From Octopus bimaculoides (taxonomy: Eukaryota), in assembly GCF_001194135.2 (NCBI RefSeq), contig NC_068983.1, forward strand, positions 161,979,268 through 162,024,124: 44,857 nt of DNA. The letters are read 5' to 3'. Under the pieces are notes generated by a model. That model had not been told where the DNA came from, did no database searches, and saw only the letters and a program-made list of their open reading frames with translations. Position 1 is the first letter of the stretch. Each line of letters starts with the position of its first letter. This document shows, one piece after another, positions 1 through 11,409 of the stretch. Position numbers and translations under genes: made by a program.

Positions 1-148
1 CGATTAACCTACGCTTCAGAAATTGCTAGCCTTATATCAAAATTTTTAATCTTTTTTTCTCTGAGGTTATACCCCCCCAACCAAAAAAAAAACAATAATG
101 GCAGCCACTTAATGCCTCTTTGGTGTGTTTTGTTTCGTTTTAGAATAA

Positions 149-1624
149 CGTAATCTTTCAGTTTCGGGTGTTTAAACAAGTAAATAAAAATTCTGTAATC
201 AACTCATTGAGTTTCTTGAAGACATTACCCGAATCACTGATAGCGGCTCCTGGGTGGCTGTTGTTTACCTTGACTTTGCTAAGGCTTTTAATTCTGTGTC
301 ACACAAAAGACTTATGGTGAAACTCTCTGCAATGAGTGAAAGAGATAATCTCTATAACTGGTTGAAGTCCTTTACTATCGGCCGAAAAGAGGTTGTCACG
401 GTTCTAGGACAGCACTCTTCACCCTATGAGATGACATCTGGTGTACCACAGGGATCTGTTCTTGGCCCCCTTTTATTTGTTGCATATATTAATGCCATAG
501 ATGCCAACTTAAAGAATGCCACAGTGCTGAAATATGCAGATGACATCAAGCTGTACCTCGAAATAAAAAGGACAAATCCTGTACACTATAGATCTTTATT
601 GCAATCAGACTTGGACACGATCCAGTAATGGATCATGGACTGGCAACTCAAGCTGGCTGTGAACAAATGTACTACCATACATTTTGGGAGGAAAAACCCA
701 GAGTCAACTTACTCCCTCCACAACACTAATCTCAAAAAGTCTTCTTGCGAATGTGACCTGGGCATTATTGTCGACAGCTATTTGCATTGGACAAAACACA
801 CTGCTAAAATTGCCAAGAAGGCTGAGGGTGTCTTGGCATCACTTACCAAGTCCTCTGTGAGTCGCTCTCCAGCTATCTATCTGAGGCTTTATATAGCTAT
901 GGTGCGGCCTCACCTGGAATTTGCGTCTCCAGTCTGGAACCCCTATCTTGCCCAGGATGTTAATCGTCTGGAAACCGTTCAGCGACGTGCAACCAAGCGA
1001 ATACCCTCCGTCAGGCATTTGCCATACTCTGAACGCCTTACTTCCCTGGGCAGGGATACATTGAAACTCCAACGTCTGGCAGCTGATTTGGCAGACACCC
1101 ATAAAATTATTAACCATCTTACTAACAATAACTTTTCAAATTCCACCTGTCTAACACCTGTGGACATGTTTACAAAGTCAGAAAACAGCACAGCTCCCAT
1201 GACTTTCGGAACCACCTTTTCATGCTAAGAGTTGCTGAAGAATGGAACAAACTGCTAGCATCAGTTGTCAGTTGTCGGAGCACTGCATCCTTCAAAACTT
1301 CCATGCTTCCTGAGATTCGCCAACACTACACCTTTTTTCTCCCCTCTATACACACGCAAGCATGTATCTAACTCATACACTGTTCACTTTCCAGACATTT
1401 GTACAATATTGCATATGCTTTATATGCACTTTTGACAAGTTGTAGTGCACCTGAGCACTGTATACAATAATTTCTTTCATTATTATTACTTTTAAATAAC
1501 AACAAGGGGAGATAAGTCAACTTACTGCACAATCACTTCGCGAGTGTACATGTCCTCATTTAATTATTATTTCCCCCTTTAATTTTTATTTACTTATTTA
1601 AACACCTGAAACTGAAAGATTACC
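149..1624. mobile_element. Small TIR MITE (Merlin-like) interrupted by a CR1 LINE
   Basis: Inverted repeat 150-192 (gtaatctttcagtttcgggtgtttaaacaagtaaataaaaatt) pairs with 1581-1623 with 2 mismatches. Identical 8-bp flanks TAGAATAA at 141-148 and 1625-1632 (putative TSD). Right terminus reads GG on the reverse strand; the left terminal base (149) would be mutated. Confidence 0.6.
191..1488 (+). mobile_element. 5'-truncated CR1-clade LINE: RT pseudogene, 3' UTR and (ATT)n tail
   Basis: Translation from ~194 gives YLDFAKAF, SGVPQGSVLGPLLF, KYADD, DLGI, VRPHLEFASPVWNP and ETVQRRATK. One in-frame TAA at 626-628 splits the 254 and 635 ORFs. Ends in cattattattac at ~1478-1489. Confidence 0.9.
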
Positions 1625-1634
1625 TAGAATAATT

Positions 1635-2200
1635 GGATCTTTTTTAAAACGGGGGCCACATTTTTCATTAACGAAACACTTTGAAACTTGGAACACTGGT
1701 AGAATGTGTCATATAAAACATCTTTTTCTCTTAGTCTTCTTTAAAAAAAAAAGAAATCCATAAGTTATTCCATGTTAAAGTTGTCGTATTTCTGTAATTT
1801 CAACCAATCACTGACGTCCATTCAGCCGATATACATTAAGTGCCGACTACATAAACAAACGATTCTGAAACAATTCTATCGGTGATAGGGTTAGGGTTAG
1901 GGTTAGGGTAAAACAGCAAATTTAAAAAGCAAAAAGCAAAACGAAGCTATGGAAATTAAATACGCTTTACACCGCTTAATCAGTCAAAGGAGTAAATGTA
2001 AACAACTGAATACTTGTCAGTGATTGGTTGAAATTATCGAAATAAGACAATTTTTTACATGAAATAAATTCGAATACAAAAATATTTTTCTGTTCTATAA
2101 CACAAAATAGATAAGTATACGAAGTTTGAAAGTCTTTCCGTTCCAAAAACACTACATAAAACATAAATGAAAAACGTGGCCCCCGTTTTAAAAAAGATCC
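1635..2200. mobile_element. 566-bp non-autonomous TIR element (Merlin-like MITE) with internal TTAGGG run
   Basis: TIRs 1635-1670 and 2165-2200 match 34/36 and begin GG. 8-bp TSD GAATAATT at 1627-1634 and 2201-2208. Second internal inverted block at ~1781-1815 / ~2016-2050. TTAGGG repeats at ~1886-1908. Confidence 0.8.
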
Positions 2201-2530
2201 GAATAATTTGAATAGAAACAAAGGGTAAAATACAATTGATTTTTTTTTTCACAGAACGAATGTTGTGGTGTAGATTCGCCTGAAGACTTGGAAGGATATG
2301 AAAACATCGCGTGCTATACGGTAGAATATTCCTTTACCTTTTTATCTCTGTAATTCCCCACCACTACCACCACCACCACCACCACCTCGACGCACACACG
2401 AATAAGTGCACGCACTTACGCTCACAAACACGCTCGCACCCCTCACACACATGCACACACGTACGTTGGTTCGTATCGGACGAATGAGAGACGAGTGCTC
2501 AATACTTCAGGTTGTGTTTCTTTTACTAAA

Positions 2531-2558
2531 ACGGAAGCGGAAGTTTTGAAACGGAAGT
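2531..2558. promoter_or_regulatory. Cluster of three CGGAAG (ETS/GABP-type) motifs; candidate promoter
   Basis: CGGAAG at 2532-2537, 2538-2543 and 2552-2557. On the minus strand these read CTTCCG and are followed by donor-like gtacgt (2464-2459) and gtaagt (2419-2414). Confidence 0.35.
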
Positions 2559-3199
2559 CCGTTTCAGTGGTGGAAAGGGTTTGGTTAGTGATGTGTCTAG
2601 AGAAAAACGAAGTGACATCAATTTTTTTCTTTGATATGTTTTAATAACAATGCCAACAGGGTCGAAATAAATTATGATTGGTTAAATAAACCAATAACTA
2701 ACGAGTAATATCTAAAAAGGCCTGTCAGTTCACCTCATGGTCCCAGTGGACAAAATGGAAACGGCATCGCCCTGGATGATAGCAAGAGAGATGCGCTAGG
2801 ACAGCCACTCTGGCTTACGGGACTCGCACTTGCAGACAGCCATCTCCGTCCTCGATAGCGGTGAGCAGGAATATGGTCTGGGGTCGGGAAAGCTGAAGGT
2901 CTTCACTGCCTCAAGCTCGACCTGTCAGAGAGTGGCCGATACTTTGACAGTTTGGCCTACTTGATCTGATGAGCAGTGAAGCCTGGGCTAATTGCTTGTA
3001 ACAAGAAGGAGATTGGAAAGAAGGTTTCAGATATAAGTGTTTACACGAACGTAAAGATAGATATCAGAAGACAATGTTTTTTTTTTATGCGTATGTGGTC
3101 ACGCATAAAGCAGCAGTCACATCCGAGGTAAGTGTTCACGGCAACCGGGTGTAGCGAGGCATGAGTTAATTTCTTAATAAACATCAAGGTAGTTAGATT

Positions 3200-3700
3200 C
3201 GGTGCTTGGCTGCAAATCTAAAATATCCAATGAGTTCTGTAGTGGTCGTGAGGCGAGGTAGAAATCCCATAGTTAAATGAATGCTGTTTTCTGATTGGCG
3301 TTAATTCAGCAACCCGCTGGTCGTCTGGACGAACAATCAGCAACTTAGGCATTTACATCTCGAAGTTCTCTCAGCCTTTCAAAACTTGCGCTTCACCACT
3401 GGGTCATGTATCCTTCCGCAGCCAGCAGTGATAGGATGTTTTGGGCGTAGCACGACTGTGCTATGCCATCACAACAAAATAGTGCTAACATGTCTCGCTA
3501 CATGCTGGACACATCAAGTCGTCGCTGGAGAAGGCCATGCTTTATGATTTCATTAAGGGTGACATGGCGTGGAAGGCGGCCAGCACTATAATGGCAGGTG
3601 TACTGTACTAGAATGTACTCAACTCCCTGAACTCCCTTCATATTCAACAAGTATTTGAGCCCTACACCACAAGACCTCACATTTGTACAATCGAATTAAT
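3200..3700 (-). mobile_element. Decayed RLE-type (CRE/NeSL-like) non-LTR retrotransposon 3' fragment
   Basis: Minus-strand translation CHYSAGRLPRHVTLNEIIKHGL resembles the RH-containing motif (consensus like SAGRxPRHxxLNDIIKRAL) that precedes the restriction-like endonuclease. Downstream sequence is frameshifted. Confidence 0.5.
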
Positions 3701-3844
3701 CATAGATCTGGAAATGTCGAGGACCTCTTTTTATTGACCCCGTGAGGTGACAAGAAAAAGCTGTCCTACCGAGATTCCAACCTGACTTTGATGAACAGGC
3801 ATTTAAACCAATTAATTAACGGTAATTAATACTGGTAGAAAGTA

Positions 3845-4056
3845 GGGCGGCGCGCTGGCAGAATCGTTAGCACGCTGGGCAAAATGCTTAGCAGCATTTC
3901 ATCCATCTCTGTGGTCTAAGTTCAAATTCCGCCGGGTTGACTTTGCCTTCATCTTTTCGGGATTGATAAAACAAGTCCCAGTTGAACACTGTGGTCGATA
4001 TATTCGATCTTCCTCCTCCGAAATTGCTGGTCTTGTGACAAAATTTGAAATCCATA
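3845..4056 (+). mobile_element. tRNA-derived SINE, family A (tail type 3)
   Basis: Head ggcggcg(a/c)gctggcagaatcgttagcacg, B-box-like gttcaaattcc, core gactttgcc(t)ttcatc(c)tttcggg..gataaa shared with 8 other copies in the window. Confidence 0.85.
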
Positions 4057-4454
4057 TTGGCAGAAGGACTAAGAATGTATTTGATTAAATAGTGTCTTTT
4101 CTATTAAGAATTCTGAAAGATTCAACCACCCCGCCCCAAAAACAAACAAAAATTTTTTTATTTGTTTTAATATAGACGAAAGGACATGTGGTCGGCTGTA
4201 AAGAGATACTCGAAGCGTCCATTGATAGAAGTTTCACTGCAATCAAAGTAATTTCAATAATCACAGCAATATTCCAGGTAAATTCATTTCATTTCTATCA
4301 CTTGGAACGTAAACTAATTTGAATTACAATCATTACTTTTCAATGTTTCTGAGATAAGAAATTCCTCATGTCAGACATATAGAATTGTACAGAGTCGACC
4401 TAAGACGTCATCGAAGGGTTTTAAGCCTAACATTCACTCCGTTACTACCTACGG

Positions 4455-4625
4455 GTATGGCGCAGTGGATAAAGACACTGGTTAATGCAATACAGTTACC
4501 TAGAGCTTCTGAATTCAATCCTTGGCGAAGCGCTAAAATGAATCACAGGACACCTGAAGAATGCTGGAACGTGCTCAGCCGAAACGTAGTGAAATCAACA
4601 ACCGAGATGAAGACACCACTCCGAT
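4455..4625 (+). mobile_element. Short interspersed repeat: tRNA-like head plus Penelope-like tail
   Basis: gggtatggcgcagtggataaag...gaattcaatcc resembles A/B boxes; cacctgaagaatgctgg...ccgaaacgtag resembles Penelope-type terminal sequence. Confidence 0.35.
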
Positions 4626-6909
4626 TAATATATAATATGATTATTGTTTTATTTAAAAGTTGTGCCGTTTATATGTATGATGATATTGTACAGAGTCTGA
4701 ATGAACGTTTTGACAACCTTTGGTGGACTTTGCAATGATAACGTCCGATGTGTTTGTTTGTATTTTGAGTGTTTAGAGTAGCATTTAGTCCTACATTCTT
4801 CGTTTAGTGTTACACAATATTAGGTTTATATTTGCCTGTGTACATATAATTGATTTAATGGAACGGCGTACATGACAGTGAGGACTCTTCTGTAATACAT
4901 GTTAGATAATGTTTTGAATGTAGTTCATTGTGATCGAAGATGAAATAAATAGAAAGAGTTAAAACTACCGTACGTAAGTAATGTGGGTGTGATTGGACAA
5001 GAGACCAACTCACTGGGCAAAGCGATATAGTTTCGTATGGAATGATAAGTGTCTCTACTCTAAGGTTGAAATTTCCAACTTTTTATAACCGTAAGCCAAA
5101 TTTTCTAGAACCTTCGATCAAATTATTTGGTGGAAAAACTCTCATATTTCCTTGAAGTTTGCGTCATCAACCGTAACAAGTCAGCCAGTGTTGATTGGTT
5201 GAGTGATATTCGCATAAGCGTTAATGGCTTTTATGGCAAAACTGTAGGTTATTATTCTGAGCCGGAGAAATCTGAAAGCGATGGTTCACAGCAGGATCCT
5301 CGATACAGGTGTTTTTAAACACAGGGTCAACATCTGTATGGTTTTGGCTGAGTTGCAGTTACAATTAAGATTAAGCAGGAAGGGGACCTACATGGTTTTA
5401 GCTATAATATATACAGGCTCATTAATGATCTCTGTTTATAATCACAGTGTCAAAAACCATTCACCCACCAGGGCATTCTACATTCCTATAACTCTAACAA
5501 AGAGCTGCTTAGTCCAAATTATCAAAACGTCTTAAAATTTAATTTCCAAACATTTGTTGAACCAACAAACTAAGTTATTGATTTCTATTTTTCTTTCAGA
5601 TCATGCTCATTATAGCTTCCTGTTACGTATGTGCATGGAGCAAAACAGAAAACCCAAAGGACACATATATTTCGTAACAAACAAAAGATATTTCTTTAAA
5701 ACTGAACCGAAACCTTTTTTTATTTATGCTTTCCTTGTCATGAAACTTTTATATTTTATGCATAATTTATCATAATTTATCATAATTTATCATAATTTGT
5801 TATCAGTAATTCATTATGAATTCGCAAATATCTGTGATTTTGTATTGACAAAGGAAACATCTTTGGTTATTTCATTATAAATTCTTTTAATGTAATGGGG
5901 ATCAACTTAATCGATGAAAGTATAGTGTAATATTCTGTTGGGGATCTACTTTCATTCAGCAGATTCTTGAGAATTAATTGCTGTAAATTTGGTTGCAGAA
6001 ATACAATTTACTTTTAGTTTAATAATAAACCTAAGAATTTGTAAGTTTGTAAAATATGCTATAAATGTATTTTGTTCTACCAATTGAACCTCTTGAATAA
6101 TTGCAAAGTTGATTGTTATCGATCTATGAAATGAATTGCTATTATTAATTTTTTAATTAATCATAGAAAATTTATCATGAAGCCATCATCTTGTTGATAA
6201 ATCATTTGACTATATTTAATGTTGAAAGCAACAAGAAAAAAATATTCAGGAATTGATTTTATCTCGAAGTTCCTTACATCCGTCCATCAAAGGATACTCT
6301 CTATAGTCGCTTGACTTGTTAGAAATAGCTACCATGATATTCTACAACCATGAAAAGGAAAGGCACACTTGAGAATGTGGTCTCTGGGTACACTATTCTC
6401 GAATAAAAGGAAGACATTATAGGCACAACAGGCTATTGTCTTTGATCATAATTCTGTTCTAACAGAACTGGCATGGCGCTGTTATTTTATTCAATTCTTT
6501 ACCTCTAATCCCAAGATGAAATGTCAATGATTCAAAATGGTTTATAGGTAAGAATACAATTCTTATGTGAAATAACCTTCAGTGGATATATGTGAGTGAG
6601 TTAAAATACCATAAATATTCCACTTTAACGATTTTTGCATATTTTCAATTCTTGAAATAAACGGTTAACTGCTTTTTTTTTCTCATCAACTCTTTGATTT
6701 CCTACAACCATTATTTGGGTTTCTTCAGATTTTATAATTCTGACTTCATTTGGAATTGGTTTCTGAGATAATTACACACATTTTCGTGTCTGGGAAAATC
6801 CATCGATCATATCTCTTCCCAGTAAATGTGTAGTCTTGTCCTAATGTGACAAATCAATATTTGATAACTTCAATAATTTGCGTTAATGAAACAAAGACGA
6901 AATAATAAT

Positions 6910-7115
6910 CTTTTCTACTCTGGGCACAAGACCCAAAATTTTTGTGAAGGGGGCTAGTCTATTAGATCGACCTCAGTACGCAACTGGTACTTAATTTGTT
7001 GACCCCGAAAGGATAAAAGGCAAAGTAGACCTTGGCAGAATTTGAACTCAGAACGTAAAGACAGACGAGTATTTCGTCAAGCATGCTAACGTTTCTGCCA
7101 GCTCACTGCCTTACG
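6910..7115 (-). mobile_element. SINE family A, minus strand, with 16-bp TSD
   Basis: Reverse complement of the family A head and core. Direct repeat aagacgaaataataat at 6894-6909 and 7116-7131. Confidence 0.85.
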
Positions 7116-7249
7116 AAGACGAAATAATAATAATGAAAGGAATGAGCTGTCTTTTATTTCTTTAACATAAAATCAAAGTTGATCTCAATCTCAACCGATC
7201 AAAATAGAACCAGAAATGGCACCATATTAAAAAATCAACAGAGAGTGGA

Positions 7250-7740
7250 AGAGAACAGAATTGGAGCTTTTGCTAGTATATGCAGAGTGGAATTGGTTGT
7301 GAAGCACATAGTATTAGTGGATGGGCAGGGGTGGGGTTCTCTGCAAGGTAAAGAACCATGGTTGTTGTGAAGTAGCTGGAGAAGGGATCGGCAAAGTTAT
7401 TGATTGAAATCCTTTTGATAAGGAACCAAAACGATCGGCTGCAGTTTGAAAGATAGGATAGTTTGAGAAGAAGCCATACGATTCACCAAGTCATCCCTTG
7501 CACATCCGAAATTGGTCTTGTTGCGTAGCTGGATAAACATTGCCGGGCGATGAATATGTATTGGAAGGGGTCAGTTGCAGCAGACATCATAGATCTTGCT
7601 CTTGAACAGTTCCAGCACAGATATGTATAAAACATTTGAGAGACGTGGGACATTTTATGTGAGATGTTGAGAGACATATCTAAAAGGATAGCTTCAGTCA
7701 CTTCTGAACCACAATCTCAATAGAATTTATCATTGACCAT
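7250..7740 (-). mobile_element. Heavily decayed LINE ORF2 fragment (region between APE and RT; Jockey/I-like)
   Basis: Minus-strand pieces VTEAILLDM..., CSRAR, SRSFWFLIKRISINNF and FTTNSTL resemble the linker found in Jockey/I-group LINEs. Many stops and frameshifts. Confidence 0.45.
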
Positions 7741-7999
7741 TTCATACCACTTCATACATGCATTTTGTTGGGCAACTATATTTGATCATTTGCAAAATTA
7801 TTAGTTATTATCTGTATTAATTAATTATATGTGCCTATAGAAAAGTAGTTGTTGTAATTAAAAAAACCGACTAATTTGTATAAAAGTAAAACAATTCAAT
7901 GAAGATATGAATTCCTTCTTGGATTTGAAGCCATAATGACTGTCAACAATTAAGTTTAATAATGAGCAATTAGTCACTAAAAGACAATCTTAGAAAGAT

Positions 8000-8340
8000 A
8001 TATAACCCTTACACATTCCAACCCCACCATCTCTATACATTCCATTCCTTAGACCACACCCTTGCTTCCCACACTCTCGCCTCCCCCACACCCCAACATC
8101 ACCACACCACACCACATACCACCACACTATATACCACCACACCACACCATCGCACCACACACCACCACGCCACCATACCACACCACTCCACATTACACCA
8201 ACCCGCACATACTAGCACTGACCACTTCCCAGCACCTACACCATCATCCACACGCCTACACATGTACACACGCACACGTCAATGTCACCAGCCCCCTTCC
8301 ACACGCACATACACGCTCTCACACACACGCGTACCTTCGT
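8000..8340 (+). repeat. C/A-rich low-complexity (cacca)n-like tract
   Basis: Imperfect caccac/cacac repeats; source of the spurious His/Pro/Thr-rich ORFs. Confidence 0.8.
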
Positions 8341-8413
8341 TTTGGGATCACCACTACTTTATTATCTCCCCTTCTTCCTAGCTCTCCTGTGTGACCCCTC
8401 TGTCCGGTATTCA

Positions 8414-9202
8414 CCATGATAGATCGCTAGCCACTAAACTTTTTTCTATTTTCTCTCCCTGTTTATTTCTGTGTTCCTTTCTGTGGAAGAGCGTAGGCTC
8501 GAAACGTAAAAGACTTTCTCACTTCCCGAGTGTTAAACTAATACATCCGTTTGTTGTTTACACACCCGTCTTCGTCTTTTGTTTTCTTTTGTAAATTCTC
8601 ACTATTATTTACTACATCTACTTTTCTTTCTATACACTTTCAGAAAAGTAGAAGAAAACTTTATGGTTGCAAAAAGGGATCACCTCAGTAAATCTATTTA
8701 AAGTTTTAGGACCCCAAAACTTAAGAATGGCAAGGGATTCCCTTACACATAACTTACACTTATTAATATTAACTCTGAAATATATGTATGTTTTTATATG
8801 TTTAAGAACCCATGGTAATATTTATATATGATCAAATGCTTGAGCTATGGTGTTATATATAAAGTCTTTGACTCGAATTTGATGTTTGTTTTATGATCAA
8901 TCTTTCTTTATCTTTGTCTCATTTACATTTGAGCACTACTTTGCAGTCCTATAAACCATTTTGTTTCCATAAAAAGAGACATAAATTATTTCTTGTCTTA
9001 TATGTATGTCGCCATGATAGATCGCTAGCCACTGAACCTTTTTCTATTTTCTCTCCCTGTTTATTTCTGTGTTCCTTTCTGTGGAAGAGCGTAGGATCGA
9101 AACGTAAAAACCTTTCTCACTTCCCGAGCGTTAAACTAATACATCCGTTTGTTGTTTACACACCCGTCTTCGTCTTTTGTTGTTTTTGTAAATTCTCACT
9201 AT
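8414..9202 (+). repeat. Two ~192-bp direct repeats (8414-8605, 9012-9202) with Penelope-like terminal motif
   Basis: Near-identical ccatgatagatcgctagccact...gaagagcgtagg(c/a)tcgaaacgtaaaa...gtaaattctcactat copies, 598 bp apart start to start. A related inverted tail lies at ~11290-11410. Confidence 0.85.
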
Positions 9203-9361
9203 ATATAAGGTATAAGTTCGAGGTGTTGAAACATCTAAGGGATAGATGTATCCAGAGGCACTCCTGGTAATTACCTCAGTATGTATGGTCCTTATTATAA
9301 GGTATACGGCAGTAGGTAATTTAAAAGGTAAACCGTAGTTTAATGTATATAAAGAAAGATT

Positions 9362-9487
9362 AGAAAATGGAGAAATAAATAACAATGAGAAGTGGATTTT
9401 TTTGTGTTATAAAGCCATTATGTGATTAATAATGGCTTCATAACATCAAAGATCCACTTCTCATTGTTATTTATTTCTCCATTTTCT
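9362..9487. mobile_element. Mini foldback element (agaaaatggagaaat family)
   Basis: Perfect 36-bp inverted repeat 9362-9397 / 9452-9487 with a partly palindromic loop, next to (TA)n. Confidence 0.8.
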
Positions 9488-10079
9488 TATCGTCTACATA
9501 TATATATATATATATATATATTCTCATTCAAAATGGAGACGAGTGCCAACACTTCCATGTGACATAATTGTGAAGATCTCTTTGTATGAAACCATTGGTT
9601 GTCTTGCTAACTCACAAATAAAGCACACACACACATTGTAACAAAAAGTATTCAAGGATTGATGATTGACTCTTTCATCAGAATGACTGATGCGAACTCG
9701 CAATTTGTTTAAAGTATGTTCGCGACAAACGATCACTTACGATTTCATTATCAAAGCAGTTACGAGTTTTTGATAGTCAGCGGCGAAATATCTTGGTTTC
9801 AATGTAATTTAGCAATTTCTTTTTTTGTTATAGAATATTGTGCTGTGTCGTCTTCATGCCACATTCTACTAATATAATATCATCATGTATTCATTCGCAA
9901 ATATACTTTAGGTTTCCTTAGCCAGCTAACGTTCGCACTGATTGTCGGACTATGTTTTACTGCGGATTTAAACACTGAAGCATATCTGGAAATGTGACTC
10001 TACTGCTAAATAATGAACTTTTCTCGATTTTCAATATAAAGTCTGAGCTAAATAGCTCCACCTGTGACAAACTTCAACA

Positions 10080-10254
10080 TAGGCGCAGGAGTGGCTGTGT
10101 GGTAAGTAGCTTGCTTACCAACCACATGGTTCCGGGTTCAGTCTCACTGCGTGGCATCTTGGGCAAGTGTCTTCTACTATAGCCTCGGACTGAACAAGGC
10201 CTTGTGAGTGGATTTGGTAGACGGAAACTAAATGAAGCCCGTCGTATATATGTT

Positions 10255-10309
<55 letters not shown>

Positions 10310-10520
10310 TTGTGTGTCTGTGTTTGGCCCCCCCTAGCTTTGCTTAACAACCCATGCTGGTGTGCTTATGTCCCCGTCACTTAGCGGTTCGGCAAAATAT
10401 ACCGATAGAATAAATACTAGGCTTACAAAGAATAAGTCCCGGGGTCGATTTGCTCGACTAAAGACGGTGCTCCAGCATGGCCACAGTCAAATGACTGAAA
10501 CAAGTAAAAGAGAGTAAAAG
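10080..10520 (+). mobile_element. SINE family B, full length with internal (TG)n
   Basis: Head ggcgcaggagtggctgtgtggtaag, CORE-like cttgggcaagtgtcttc, internal (TG)n, 3' part cttagcggttcggc...aaatgactgaaacaagtaaaagag. Partial copies occur elsewhere in the window. Confidence 0.85.
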
Positions 10521-10639
10521 GGAGTATAGAACAAATAATATGCACCATAGTCTGGGTCCAGACTGAAGAAATATTTATAGTAAAAGGTGTTTATTAACTT
10601 TTATATAAACGTTAAAGTCTAAGTTCCTCTGCTACAAAA

Positions 10640-11035
10640 GGTTTTAGCAGAGCAAGGCTAGCGAGGATTAGTCCTGTTGGAGAACTTTGGCACCACCGAA
10701 GAATTGGCGTTCGTATAGTTTTACCGTAGAGTTGAATGCACCAGAGAATATTACCAGTGTCTTCTCCCGGCTCATTGGAGGCTTTCGACTCGACAGCGCA
10801 AACAACGAAACACTTCTCTCCATTTTACAATGACAACGAACAGAACATTGCGGTTGTGAGGTAATATATCTTGGATGTAAACTACTAAACTCTTGGTTGG
10901 TTAATTGTAAGCTCTTTTGATTTGGCATTTCTTAACCAACCAAAACATATTTAGGACATACATATATATATCTATCTATACCAATACATACATACATACA
11001 TACATAAATAAATAAAAATAAAAAAAATAAAAACG
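10640..11035 (+). mobile_element. Possible 3' end of an L1/Tx1-like LINE
   Basis: Interrupted reading frame ENITSVFSRLIGGFRLDSANNETLLSIL...TKTYLGHT followed by (TACA)n and an A-rich tail. Family assignment is from recall only. Confidence 0.3.
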
Positions 11036-11409
11036 GTGTTTGTATGATAGTGTATAGAGGAATATATTATTTAAAAGAGTTCCAACTCTGTCTGTTTTTT
11101 TTTTATGTTTTATTTATATTCTTATAAAATTAATGTGGGATATAGAATATGGAATATATAATATAAATAGTAAAATGAAATGAAGTATTGAATGTCTTAT
11201 TGAATAAATGAAATATTGAGTATTAAATATATAAGGACTAGTATACTTTCCAAATCCAAAAAATCGAAGAACAAACACGAAAAAAAAAGACAAAAAAACA
11301 AAAACAAGAATAACGCGAGGACGAGGTACATGTAAAGTATTAGCAGACGCTCAGAGAAGGAAAGAAAGGTGATTTTACGTTTCGAGCAAAGTTCTTCTTC
11401 AGAAACAGA

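Noticed and set aside
1886-1908. TTAGGG run as a chromosome end or fusion scar
   Set aside because: Only ~4 units, one orientation, and inside a TIR element.
5281-6900. Several plus-strand splice-like sites and short hydrophobic ORFs
   Set aside because: No consistent reading frame across the candidates and no recognisable domain.
8391-9270. Two ORFs sharing HDRSLAT..FSIFSPCLFLCSFLWKSVGSKRK
   Set aside because: The similarity comes from the duplicated 192-bp repeat, not from paralogous proteins.
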